Of a stretch of 64,000 bases of DNA, positions 26,863 through 40,559 are shown piece by piece. The translations under genes and the position numbers were made by a program. The notes beneath the pieces are model-generated. The model was not told the DNA's origin, made no database searches, and worked only from the letters and a program-made list of their open reading frames with translations. Source of the DNA: the human T2T-CHM13v2.0 reference genome, Homo sapiens; NCBI RefSeq assembly GCF_009914755.1, contig NC_060932.1. One strand, given 5' to 3'. Within the stretch, counting starts at the first letter, position 1. Every line of letters begins with the position of its first letter.

Positions 26863-29800
26863 TTGTATAAACATCATTTGCTTTTAAACTATACTGCACA
26901 TAATTAGAAGCAAAGAAAGTTCATTAAATGCCAGATTTTAAAATGCATCCCTAAATATTTTTCCTTACCACAGAATTGAAGTCCACTGGAATAAGAGCTG
27001 CATTATGGTATAATGCAAATGCCAGGATATCGCAGATTAAATTTAACAAAGAACATTTTACCTGGTGTTTTAGTGAATCACTATCAGCAACCACATAGCA
27101 GGAAGCAAAGTTACTTGGCTCTCCTTGTATATTTCAGGGACACAGTTCTGTTCAATTTGGATAAAATTCTGGAAGAAAAAAAGCTCTCTCCTAGTATTAT
27201 TGCAAATGACTTGCCTTTTCTTGTCAGAACTGAATGCTGACATAAATCTTTTTTTCATAAAATGAACTATTACAATTATTTTTTTTCCTGAATGATGGCT
27301 GAAACAGATGTATTTTAATCTATAGGGCATAGAAAATGAAATTTACATGTCACTAAGGTATTTCTGGTTAATAAATGTTTTAAATAGAAAGAAAGCACTA
27401 AGCTAAATAAATATGAAGTGATGCTGCTTTGCATAGGATTAAAAAAGCAAAATTGAAGGCCTTTCCACTAAAGAATTGACTCGTAAGGTGAAGGTATTTT
27501 ATGCCATCAAATGTCAGTCTTTTGGAATATCATGAAAACACTGCCTTGATGCTCATCTTAAAAAAAAAAATAAATTGCAACATGTAGTTCGGAACACTGC
27601 CTCTGCCTTTCTAACTTGGTAGATGTGCTTGGTATAGTAAGTGCTCATTCATTAATACCGTAACATTTTCTCTAGTTTTGTGTGCTAGTGAGCTAAAATA
27701 AATGAATTTCATTCATAGCCTGGTTCTAAAAATTTACACATTTTTAAAAATAAAATATCATAAAGCCTATCTAAGTTTTGTTTACTACTGACAGAAAATG
27801 TCCATCATAAAAAATGAGAAAATTAAAACTGCCCTTTCAAAATCTTGGCAGACCTTTTTTTTTTCCCCCCTTTTTGTAAAAAAAACTTTTCCTGGATGAT
27901 TTGACTATTGTCAAACTAGATAAGGTAAAAATGGCTGCATTTTTCTAAATTGCTTGCATGGGAAACCTTCAAATAACTTTCACGGACAGGCAGGCTACAC
28001 AGGCGGTGCCACTAATCCATCTCCCCCAACCTATTCAGCCTCCCACCTTCAATGAGATGAATCCCTGGTGGAATCAACCTTGGAAAAATAAAATGGCAGC
28101 TCAGATGACCTGAATTGCACCCCAAATACAACAATGCCTTGAAAGTTACTCTTTTCATTGTAGTCAATGGGCTGAAAATATAGGAATTCTATTCCAAATT
28201 CACCTCTTTACAGTTAAAAATTGTGGTAAAAATCATTTTTTAAAAAGTGTTTATAAGAAGAGCTCAGGTGTTATCCTAGCCTGATTAAAACTGGTTGTGA
28301 GTCCCTTCTCCCCCTTTTAAATTGCAACAAGACAAACTCTGATATGATGCACAGATTTTTTTTTTTAACAACAAACTGAGTTTTAGAATTATAATTTAGA
28401 GTGTATTGGATGTATCACCAAAAGACAGGGTGGTTGTGCAATTGTAAGGCGGTATTGTATTGTTGCTAGTCTGAGTAAATCTAAATCTTTTCAAGCTTTG
28501 GTTGAGTGGGTTAATTCCAGGACCTGAATTACAAGTGCAATTTGAATTACATTGCAAATGCTGAACTTACTTCACTTTAGCAAAGTGCTTTCTTTTCCCC
28601 TTCTCAGACTTATGAATTCTAGCTATTTTGATGTTTTTCAAATGTCGAAATATTTCAGTTAGCTGTAAAAAACAGCAGTTCCAACTAGAAATGGAGGAAA
28701 AGATTTTTCCCCTTTGCTTCTTTGTTTATTAATTCTCCCTCCCCTCGCTTTTTTTGGTTTGCCTTTATTTTGTGAAATCTTCACATTTAGCACAGATTTA
28801 AGTCTTTAAAATTGTAGCAACCTCTGAGTCATTTCAGGCAGAATGGCATTAACCCTTCAATCTTAGGATACATGTTTTGTGAAAATACTGCCACAAACAT
28901 TCAAAACAGCCCAGCCTTCAAGTTGAGAGGGAAACCAACAAACAGGTAAGAAATTAATATACCATACAAATTGAAATTTCTGATTTAGCGATTACCCAGG
29001 CATAAACAAACATTGATAAACACAGTTTCTCAGAAACCCTGTGAGACAAATCCATAGGATGGGCAAAGAACAAAGAGATCAAGTTGGTTTTTCAGAGGTG
29101 GAATTCCCATCCTCCTCACCCAGGTCTAACCACAGTTCTCTGGGTTGAGGATGGAAAAGTCCTGCAAAGAGCAAACAACAGGCATGGGGTGGAACCAGGG
29201 GGCTCTGCTGCTATGTGAGAGATAATGTCAGGGATTTCAACAGTCGCAAGAGGTGATAGACAAACTGCCTGGTAATTATTTAAGCACATACCAATTTATT
29301 TGCAGCATAAAGTCTAAGATCAGGCTGCTCAAGCATGACACTATAGTTCTCAGACTGTGGAGGTATTTATCTTGTAGTCTTCACAAAAGAAGTCTGATTG
29401 AATAATTGTTGTCAGAAGACAAGAAAACACAGGTTAATATGGGAATCCAAAAGCCTGACAAATTTTTAAAGAGAATCTGCTAAATGGGATACGAACACTG
29501 TCAAAAATTGCAGTAATCAAGGGCTTTCAGAAAAAGCACTGGGAGTGAGTGATCAATCTAGAACGTTGTATGCTGTGGTTGCTGTGTGCATGTGGGGCTT
29601 TGGCAATTCCTGCCTGCTCTTCCCTTCCAGTTTCAAAGCCTCCATCCATTAGAGCACGTCTCCTTCATGGGACTAGGGTAATGTGGTGTCTCATTTATTG
29701 AGTGCCAAAGAGGACACGAGAAGGCCCTGCGGGAAATGTAGGAGCCCTCTCTGTCTTCAGAGACGATTACTCCAAACAACACTACTGCACATTTTTCTGG

Positions 29801-31050
29801 CTTGCACATGTATTGCTCTGCTTTCATTCTTCTATGTTTTGCAGCATCACAATTTAATTAAGACCGATTTATCCAGTTCAACATTATGTAATTAATGAAA
29901 CATTTTGTTGCCCCACTGAATATTTGCAGAAGAAATGCTAGGTACATTTGAGAATACATAGTGAAATATATTATTTTCAGCTTTCAGACATATTTAAACA
30001 AAACACTATGCTTTCCTTCAAAAGTGGAGGAGCAAATGGCCCTGAGAAAAACAATACTATCTGACTTTAGTTCCAGATCAAGAAAAAAAAACATGGAATT
30101 TTATTTTTAAAATCATTTGATGTATTTCCCCTCTAACTTTATATTTTATAAAATTTCTCCCTTTATGAATGGAATTTTTGTTCTTTGCATAATTTACATG
30201 TTATACATAATAGCAAACACAACCTCACAAATATTTATTGTACATTTTTACAAATCTGTAACTCGGAGTATCTCAATGAACCACTCAGTTAATCCAAGCA
30301 AGGTAGACATTTTTCAACTAATTAATTTTTAGAAATCCCCAAATTTTGGTCTCATTCATTAACCAAAATATTTTATAAATGTAGAATCCTGTATTGATGA
30401 AAAATACAGTGACATTTGTGTCTCTTCTGTTTTCTTTCTATTTTAAGAAAATAGCATTATGAGGATAGGAATAATGCAATATTCATGCAGTAACTTTTAA
30501 AACAAAGTCAGAGGTTGTAAAATTTAACATTCTCATAACAGCATTAACTTACCCACGTTGCACATACAGTACATTAAGGGATCACATTTTGCTGTCTTCC
30601 GTGTAATTGGAAATATTCTATATGTACAATTTGAGTGAGTTAATGTTTCTAGAAGAACCTTAACTTTTGCATTTCTTGACTTTTTTATGTTTGAATTTGT
30701 AGCCTTAACATTTGCATTAACATAGTTATTTGCATTTCATTACAGCTGAAGTTAGCCTATTCGAGGACTGAAGTTATAAGGGAGTGTTTACCTAAAGGTC
30801 TGTTTAAATGAAAATTCTCAACATTTTTAGTTTACATATTTATAGTTAGAAGACATATTAGTTTAGGACTTTGATGTTTTTTGTGCTAACTTAAGTCTAA
30901 CCATTTTGGTGCATGGTAAGTGTCCAAGAATTGGGTAACAACTGAGTAGGTGAGTAAATGGACATTTGCTTCAAGAGTTTATTGGCAGCATAGAAACAGG
31001 AAAAACTGGCAATAGGATCGGTGGAATGTTTGGATTAAAAAACAGTTCTT

Positions 31051-31446
<396 letters not shown>

Positions 31447-32199
31447 TTAATGTGTTACTGTTTTCAATATTCCTAATTTGAAAGTAGGAATGATAATTCC
31501 CCAGTTCCGTACATAAAGGAAACAAGTTCCTGAGAGATTATGTAATTATTTCAAAGAAAAAGGGGAGGGAATGCTACACCCCCCAACATTTCTCAATTTA
31601 ATTGTGCCTTGATTTTTGGAAACTTATATGAAGACATGAATATAAGCAAATACAAAATGTCAGAGATAAGAAAGGAAAATCACTATTTTACTTATGAAGA
31701 AAAAACTAACATGGAAACCCTTTCCTCAGACTAGAGACTCCATAACAGCAAGAGCTGTTCTGTTTTGTATCCGAGTTTCTAACCCAAACTAGAGACATAT
31801 TAGCTCTTTCTAGATCACATAAATACAAAAAATAGACAATTATACTACTGTATGCACTTCCAATTGTATTAACCAAAAGTTATACTTTCAGGGGCACAAC
31901 TACTTCTTAAAGTGGCATGAAACCAAATGCTCTGTTCTTTCTGATTATGCTGCTTTATATGTGAAAGGTTTTTAGGCATTTGTGAAAACTATATGCTAAA
32001 ATATGTTTTTTAAATATATAAATATCTGTAATAAGGATTTTTTCTTAATAGTAAATTGGTTTGTTAAACCTCAAAAGGTGCAAAACCTTTAATAAAATAA
32101 TTGAGCTTAATAAGCCCATGTTAGAGATAAATATGGATGCCATGCTGATTGAAGTTTTATGGGGAAAGTAGAGGAGAAATAAGGAAAGTATGGAAAGAA

Positions 32200-32715
32200 T
32201 CCAAGAGAATAAAAAGTCCCTGCTTTCATAGGATTTACTATCTAGTGGGGAAGACAGTAAGAAAAGAAGTTCATAACTAAGATTATTTCATGCATTTCGA
32301 TGCTATAAATGAAACAGGGTGGAAGGGAGCTGTTTTAAATTGGGTATGGGAAGGGTGTATTTTTGATCTGAAGATCAGGGAAGACCTCTTTGAGGAGTTG
32401 AAGTTTGGGGCACAACCCGAAAGGTGGAAGAAGCAGCCACATGACATCTGGAAGTTTCTAAGGAAGAAAGAAAGTGCCTGGGTCCTGAACCAGGAATTGG
32501 TGTGCTTGAGGACCATCAGGGTGGTCAGGATCACTGGAGTTCAGTGGGTGGGAGAGACAGGTTGGCAAAAGCCTGACCATGTGGACCTCCCTCAGCAGTG
32601 GAAAAGAGTTTGGGTTTTACCTTAAGGGCAATGAGAGCCACTGGAAATGAGAGACCTGACTACGGTCTATTCATTCATTCCTTCCTTCATTCATTTACTC
32701 ATTCATTTATTCATG
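32200..32715 (-). mobile_element. L2 fragments including a (TTCA)n tail
   Basis: tcagggaagacctctttgaggag...gaagcagccacatg...ttcattcattcc. Confidence 0.65.
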
Positions 32716-32734
32716 CACTCATTTGTTTTCAAAA

Positions 32735-33345
32735 TAGACTTAATTTTTTTAGAGTAATTTTAGGTTCACATCAAAACAGAGTAGAAAGTACAGACAGTTC
32801 CCATATACCCCTACTCTCACACATGCACAGCCTTCCCCGTTAATACCTCCCACCACAGTGGTATATTTGTTACAATGAACCTACATTGACTCATCATTAT
32901 CACCTAAGTTCCATAGATGATAGCATTACTGTTCCCTCCTTCAGTTATGCATTCTATGGCTCTGGACCAATATGTGACGTCACGCATCCACCATTATACT
33001 ATAATACAGAGTATACTATACTATAATACAACTTGGTATTATAGTATAATACATACTATATATGAATACTACATATACTATAATGTGACTGTATTGTAGT
33101 ATATGAGTAGTGCTCCACCTATTCATCCCTCTCTCTCCTGGAAACCACTGACCCTTTTACTATCGCCTTTTTTCGTGATATTTTCCAGAATGTCATATAG
33201 TTGAAATAACAGTATGTAGCCTTTTCAGATTGGCTCCTTTCACTTAGTAATATGCACTTAAATTTCCTCCATGTCTTTTTATGGCCTGACAGCTCATTTT
33301 ATGTTAGTGCTGAATAATAATCCATTGTCTGCAAGTACCAAAGTA
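32735..33345 (-). mobile_element. L1MC1/2-type 3' end
   Basis: tagactt...ttttaggttcaca...gttcccatatacccc...cagtggtatatttgttacaat...gtcatatagttg...cagtatgtagccttttcagattgg. Confidence 0.85.
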
Positions 33346-33359
33346 AAACTAGTTTTTTT

Positions 33360-34100
33360 TTAAATTCAACCAAATATTACCAGCTAGTGTATTTGTCACT
33401 GAAATTGTATAGTGATTAGCACAATAAGAAAATGGAACTCAGTCTAGTGGAGAAGATAGATGTTAAATAATGAAAAGGACAAATATAAAACTTCAAGCTG
33501 ATGTGTACTCTGAAGGATTGGGACATCTTTTAATGGGTATGTATGAAGAAGGAGACTTGGGGTCCAGGAGGGGATTTTCTGACAAAATGAGGCTGACTTG
33601 GAGTGAGGTCTAAAGGATGAAGTAAGAAGAGAGGCAGAAAGGGAGAAAATAAGACAGAGGAAGCTTGGCCCATTTGAGGAGCAGAAGGTCAGCGTATCTG
33701 GAGCCCAGCTCTCAATGGGAGATGGGCGTGAGGAAGGCTAAGGGCAGGCATGGGCTGCCTGAGCAGGGTCCTATGGGCCAGGGGATGGTCACCCTTCTAT
33801 CCCAGGAGCAGTGGAGTGGCCCAAGCAGAAGAGATGGGCATGCTAGAAGGAACAGAGAACAGTAGGTTGGCGGGCAGGGGGACAGCCAGTGAGAAGACTA
33901 TTCCAGTGGCCCAAGAAGCAGTCACCAGTGGCTCGAACAAGGGTGGCAGTAGTGGAAATGGAGAAACACAAATGGATTGGATAGATACGGAGGTGAAATT
34001 GATAGGCCTTAGGGATGAGAACTAAGGGAACAGTTCTCTTAGGTTTCTAGCTAGAACAGGGTGGACTGAGACTGGGAGCACAAGGTAAGGACAGAGTTGG
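33360..34100 (-). mobile_element. L2 LINE fragment
   Basis: ggaactcagtctagtgg...ggtggcagtagtggaaatggagaaa...ggtttctagct. Confidence 0.6.
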
Positions 34101-34544
34101 TTGTAAAATAAATTAGTCATGTTTTCCCAGATTAGGAAAAAAAATCATATCATTGAGCTTCTATCAGGTTTATGCAAGTGCTAGAAACTAAGAGGAGAAA
34201 CCCTTGCTCAAATTGTAAAGAGGAAAACTACCTACTAGGGATGGTGCTTAACAGAAGACCTGTAAGTATGAAATTAAAAGAGGAATTTTTTTTGTGCTTG
34301 GGAACTCAGTAGCTGAGCAAAAGTTAGACTCATGTAGATTTTAGGAAAGCCGAGATTTGTTTTGGGAATGAGCAAGATTTCTAAGAATAGTATTACATTT
34401 TACTATAACTCTTTAAGAGTACAGACTATAATATAAAAATAACATTTACAAAAAGCATAATATTTATCTAAAACTGTGTTATTTGCGTGCATTATTTCCT
34501 ATAATACTAAAAAATGGTTATTAAATTCATACTGGTATCACCTT

Positions 34545-34742
34545 CAGTGATATTCTGGTAAACATCTAATACCTGCTTCTCTAGTGGGGAAGGGGAACCC
34601 TCTGTAGCTTTTGCCAATTTCCTGCAGTGTAAATTTTCTCATTGTGACAGATTTCAAGCTACCAGGTAATGTCATGGGACATGAAATTGGGAAGAGATGC
34701 ACACAATTCTCTGCTGAGTTTCTGTGAGCCAGCACGCCACCA
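34545..34742 (-). mobile_element. MER63A-like hAT MITE
   Basis: cagtgatattctggtaaacat...gatttcaagctacca...ttgggaagagatgcacacaat...ccagcacgccacca. Confidence 0.8.
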
Positions 34743-34749
34743 AGTCTCC

Positions 34750-35060
34750 CTTTTATTAATGAGGAACTTGGCCTTGGAAAGCTTAAGTAACTCACAGAAG
34801 TTCACACAGAGTAAATGGCAGAGTGAGAATTTAAACTCTGGCAGAGACCCTGAAGCCTGTGTGTTTAATTGCTGTGCTGTATACACCAATAGCTGAATCA
34901 TAATGTTGAAAGGTTGATGTGAACCCAGAGCCCATTTAAGTTCAACTTCTTTTAACAGAGGAGGAAACTGAGTCCAAAAAGCTTTTATTGATTTGCTCAA
35001 GGTTAAAAGGCTATTAATTGACAAAGCTGGGGCTATAACCAAATTCTCTGGTCACTGCCC
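34750..35060 (-). mobile_element. Two MIR-family fragments
   Basis: atgaggaac...ttaagtaactcacagaagttcacacagagtaaatggcagag; acagaggaggaaactgagtcca...atttgctcaaggt. Confidence 0.7.
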
Positions 35061-35086
35061 TACATAATGCTGTAGCTTCTTGGTTC

Positions 35087-35110
35087 TTTTTTTTTTTTTT
35101 TTTTTTTTTT
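35087..35110. repeat. Poly(T)24
   Basis: Homopolymer. Confidence 0.95.
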
Positions 35111-35432
35111 GCAAACCTCTTCTACAAAATATTTAAGTAGTTTATCTTTTAATAGAAAAAAGAATCGTGAGGCTCTTTTCCTTTCCACACATTTGGAGTG
35201 AAAATTTAATCACCTGGCAATGTAATTTAAGAGCATCAGCCCACTTGGATGTGGTTAATTGTATATAAAATTTCTAAGGAATAGTCATAAAAATAATAAC
35301 AGCCATAGCAGTCATCATTTGCATAGAACATGTGAATACATTTTACACAAAGGTTATGTCTCTGAAGATATGAATGTGTTCTTATTAATAGGTACATTTA
35401 CAATTACCTTACAATGTAACTATAAACCAACA

Positions 35433-35472
35433 CTAGTTGCATGACTAGTTGCATAGCTAGTTGCATCACTAG
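35433..35472. repeat. 12-bp tandem repeat CTAGTTGCATNN x3.3
   Basis: ctagttgcatga ctagttgcatag ctagttgcatca ctag. Confidence 0.9.
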
Positions 35473-36850
35473 AAATTGAGCCATATTTGGTGACTCCAAA
35501 AGCCTACATTTAAAAAGCTGGTCCTGTGCAATTCCAGCTCATTTTAGGGCCAAGTAAATTACACAATTTGCTTTAACCCCAAACTTAACAGTTTAAATGA
35601 GAAGGAGAGGATGAAAATAAATTATGGATTGCACATATGTATGACAACCAAAATTTCAGAACTTCTAGTGAAATTGCAAAATACAATTTGGCCAAGTTAC
35701 CAGCCCTCTCTGGGGCATACAAAATAGTTACCCATTTCAAGAACTGTTGTTAGGAAAAACTAATTAGTGATAGTAATGCTAATTATTACAGTGATGCTTA
35801 GAAAAATTCTGAATTTTGAGAAGACTCTAATTCTTGTAGCAATTGAAAATTGAGAACTGTATTACTTATGAGAAGATATGTAGTATGAAAGACATTATTG
35901 ACATATATTTTTGACCAAAAGTTAAAAAAAAAAAAGCAAATTGATGCTACATGTGGAGCAAGTATGCTGCATGAGGAAAACATTTTTATTTCCTTGATAA
36001 TTAATGAGGAAAGACTTGCTATTTATTACTTGTTAAAGACTTTATTTCATCTTTCTCCTTAAATCATAGACTATTAAGGATGGAAATAAATACTTCTAAG
36101 AGTTATATGTAGAAATTATTAAAGAAAAGTGACTTTCCTTAAGGTGAATGGTTCATTACACTTCTTCGGTTTAAATCTGGCCTATCAGTGTTTCTATAGC
36201 ACAGCAGGTAGATTTGTGGTCTTAGAAAGGAAATAAGAACTGAGTTATTATTCTCTGTTTTTAGAATGTGCTCAGCATATATTGGGCCTATGGAAATATG
36301 ATATCCAAATTGACATTAGATTGAAGAAAAGTGTGAGATAAAAATGAAGATCTTAAGTATATGCTTGAATGTTGTAGATGTTCCCAGGGAGAGTCCTTGA
36401 CCTTTTTTGGAGCTGGCATTTTAAGCCTGGGGACAAATAGTCGCATTTTTGACAGTCATGTGAAGATTGCATTGGGGACTGCAGATGTGAGACCCTTTCT
36501 CTGTCAGAACTTAGAATTAAACCCACATCAAAAGCATTGCGAGAAGTGGAAGATCAGTGGGACGTAGTAAAAAACTCTTAATGAGCAGATGACTGCTCTA
36601 TAGCCTCTTGATGTGTGTCAACTTAGTCTTGACACAGCCAATTCTCAATTCTCTATGCAAGATAGAATGAGGGTAACAAAGATAATTGAAACCCTCAGAT
36701 AATCTGCAGGTTCCATTTTAACCCTCAGTTCTAACTGCTTGCTTTGCAAGCCTTCTAGGAGATCCAGGAAACAGTTGTATCTCCTCTCTGATGTTGACTC
36801 ATCAGCATATCCTGAAAGTGTTGAGAAACTATGAAATAAATAGAAGAGGC

Positions 36851-37340
36851 TATATCATTCGGGGTCCTGGCAAGAAGCAGATGGTACACTGAGGAGGTGA
36901 TTAAAAAGAGTTTAAGGAAGGGACCATTTTCAAAGGTATGGGGTGGGGGGGAGCGGGACAAAGGAAGTTAAATGGATGAGGAAACACCCTGGGGTTAGAA
37001 ACCATCAGAAGCTTCTCCCACTTCTAGGGATGAAGGAGCAAGAGGAGACAGCTGTGAGTAGAACCAGGCAAGACCTGTCTATAGGATAGGAGCTGTGGTT
37101 TTTCCACAGGATGACAGCCACTGGCACCCACAGCTCCACAGAACAGCAGCCAGGCCAGGCAGCACCCAAACTCTCTCTCCTCTGATCTCACCCCAGAGGC
37201 TCCCAATGGTCAAACCCCTGCGGAAGCCAGAGAGAAGGGGAGGCCTGTTGATGTGGTCCACAGCTGCCAGGGTCCTGGGGCACAGAGCAGGGCAGAGAAG
37301 GGTAAAGAGAGGATCTGGAAGGACAGAGAATACCTAGCCC
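36851..37340 (-). mobile_element. ERVL LTR (LTR40/LTR41-like)
   Basis: tatatcattcggggtcctggcaagaagcagatggtacact...gagtttaaggaagggaccattttcaaagg. Confidence 0.65.
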
Positions 37341-37390
37341 AGAAGGGATGAGGAGAATGGTGGGTCATCCAGTCATGCCCCTGCATTTGA

Positions 37391-37713
<323 letters not shown>

Positions 37714-38144
37714 AAGAATGTATCTTTTAAAAGAGATACTTTTAGAAAGCCAATGAAATAGAAAGTGAAAGAAAACCATATGCTTTAGGAAATGGCCATT
37801 TGCATCACATAACAGGTAAATATTCTGTCCAAGAGAAGGGGAGAGAGATAATAAGGAGAAAGTGCTTCTTTAAATTTTGGTGACAGAAAACCTTAGCTGT
37901 GATTATATTACTTTTTATCAGCAAGGAGTCTTGAGGAGGACTTTGATGAAATCTGAAAGTAGGATTCACTCAGATTCTGAAGGCCAATTTGAAGATCAAG
38001 TTTCTATTGCCCTTTCTGAATTTCAAACCAATTCCGATTTTTCAGTGGTTCATGGGAGTGAGTTAGGGGTGAGGGGACTATTACCTGTATTATCAGTTAC
38101 AAGAAGGATGTTAAAAATGACCTTTTCTTAGAGATCCAGTTATC

Positions 38145-38392
38145 GAGAGCCTGAGGCTGGCAGATCACTTGAAGCCAGGAGTTCAAGACCAGCCTGGCCA
38201 ACATGGCAAACCTCCGCCTCTACTAAAAATACAAAAATTAGCTGGGCATGGTGGCACACGGCTGTAGTCCCAGCTACTCGGGAGGCTGAAGCATGAGAAT
38301 TGCTTAAACTAGGGTGGCGGTGGTTGCAGTGAGTCGAGATTGCGCCACTGCACTCCAGCCTGGATGACAGAGCGAAGCTCTGTATCAAAAAA
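38145..38392 (+). mobile_element. 5'-truncated Alu (Sz/Jb-like)
   Basis: Starts at about consensus nt 38; TSD agatc(c/g)agttat at 38132-38143 and 38393-38404. Confidence 0.92.
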
Positions 38393-38520
38393 AGATCGAG
38401 TTATTGTCAGAAGTTGAATTATAATACCTCTGAATACTTATGATACTTATGGCTTAACTATTTTAATATGTTTATTTGCTTATGGGTTCAATAATATGGA
38501 AGATTCTGTGTTAATACAGC

Positions 38521-38544
38521 CTCTGTCTCTCTCTCTCTCTCTTT
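38521..38544. repeat. (CT)n tract
   Basis: ctctgtctctctctctctctcttt. Confidence 0.85.
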
Positions 38545-40559
38545 CAGTGGTAAAATGTTCTAGGGGATTTCTGGAGCTCACATAAACATGCAGGAGAACA
38601 CGAATGCCTGTCTTCTTCCATCCTGTCCACTTTCCATGACAGGCTTAGCCCTGACCCATTCCCAAGCCCAATCTTACCAGCACTGGGAGCATTTTAACAT
38701 CTTTGCCCTGATAGTTGTTGGAGGCTGGAATAAGTTTCACTGCTATTAGCTATGAATCCAAAGTTCTGGGATAGCCCTGAGTGCCCAGAGCTTACACTGA
38801 TCCCAGCATGTGGTCTCACTTCAGGTGACAAATCAAGTTTAGGATCAGTGGGTTTTTGTAACTCTACCTGGAACTTCACCTTGCTTGACCAAGAAATTGG
38901 CACTTTCTCTAGCCATTGTCAGACCTTCTCTCCCTCCTGAACAGGGCCTACACCACGATCTCATCATCTTTCTTGATGCTCTCTGGTGCTCTGCCCACCA
39001 TACTGGGGCTTATAACAAGGAACTTGCTCCTTTTGCTCCACCTCCCTGCCTCTGCTTTAAATTCTGCCATATTTTCCAGCTTATGAGACTGGGCTTCTGT
39101 CTTCAAGCTGAGAAGTGAGCTCTCAAAAGAGGTTTGATGTGAAAGAAGAGAATGAACAAAAATATAAAGTTGCTTCTCTAATCGTGAGGATTTCTGACAT
39201 CTGGCCTCTTACATTTGCTCTTCACGTGCTGGGTGGGATGTTTTATACCATCATCTGCCTCCACAAAGCCTAGTGTGAGTTTGCTAACCCCTGCTGAACC
39301 TGCTGAAGTCAGGCCCGTATCAGGATTGGTGATGGTAGCTTCCCATCCCACCTGGTCCCATGGTCTTTCTCTTTTTTATCATCCCATGTTGCTCAAGTCC
39401 CCAGTTACCTGGATATGAACCCACCTAATGTGTGACAGATTGCCTCCGATGAATGAATTCCTCATTTTCTAGTATTTTTTATATATTCAGCAAGATATGA
39501 AATTTTATTTTTTCAAGTAAGAGACACTTTGGAGGGCTTGGACTATATTATTTGCTCTGAAAAATATCATGCAAGTTTAGGAAACTTCAAACTCCTCTTT
39601 GGTTATTTCATTAGGAAAATGTAATCTCATTTAACTGGCACTTTTACATCTACATTCATGCTTTTAAAACACTGAAGTGAGTGTTCTACAGCTATGTAAA
39701 GAAACACATTATCAAAGCATTAGGAAATGATTAAACTGACATTTTCTTAAGAAAACGAAAGGAGCAGGAAAAAGCCATTCTAAAAGGACTGAGTGCTACA
39801 TATTCCAGATATTATCTTCAGTGCTTACTCAGGGATCTTTAAAGAAGCTTATTACCAAGTACCCTAAGAAGACAAGTGTGGATGTGTACAGATCAGAGGG
39901 ATGCAAGTTAATGCACCTGCCAGATTTTACTATCGTACAAAGTATGTCAATCAGCACTCAGACCTTGCATTTAAAAATGTGTTCTTTCAGGTTTCCTCTG
40001 TACTGTATCATTCATAACTCAATCCTCCAAGTCAGTAACTATTCTGGATTGCCAGTGGTCACAGATGGCACACACGTACACTCACACAGCTTTTGAGGTT
40101 ATTAACAGTCTTTTCTGGACACAATGAAATATTTTAAAACAATAAAAAGTTAGAATCTTGGCTCTTCCAGCTATTAAAAGCTTTATATCCAGCTAACATT
40201 TATGAAGCATTGTCTGTGTGCTGGGCACCCTTTTCATGCGGTCCCACCTGTGATCTCAGGAGATCAGCATGCAAAGCTCCAGGATCAAGATCCAAACTGT
40301 TGGATAATTATAGTCTTTTATAAAAAAGGAAAATCATACCTGATAAACCAACGTTATTAGAAAATTTCTGGCAAGGAGGCCAGCCCCAAAGGAAAGGAAC
40401 ATGATTAGGAAGTCAAAGATGGCAGGCAGTGGTTTTAAATGGTCTTGCTTCTTTTCTAAGACCCTTGCCAGGGATCAGGAAAACAATGCCAGACACTTGC
40501 TTTCTTAACATATATGGGAGGAGGAGTGATCGAAATTGGTAGATGTTCTTTCTGCATTG

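Noticed and set aside
35433-35472. CRISPR-like repeat/spacer pattern
   Set aside because: 10-bp repeats with 2-bp spacers in primate DNA and no cas genes.
38521-38560. Strong-looking acceptor (CT)n-ttcAG
   Set aside because: Explained by a CT microsatellite; no convincing downstream donor.
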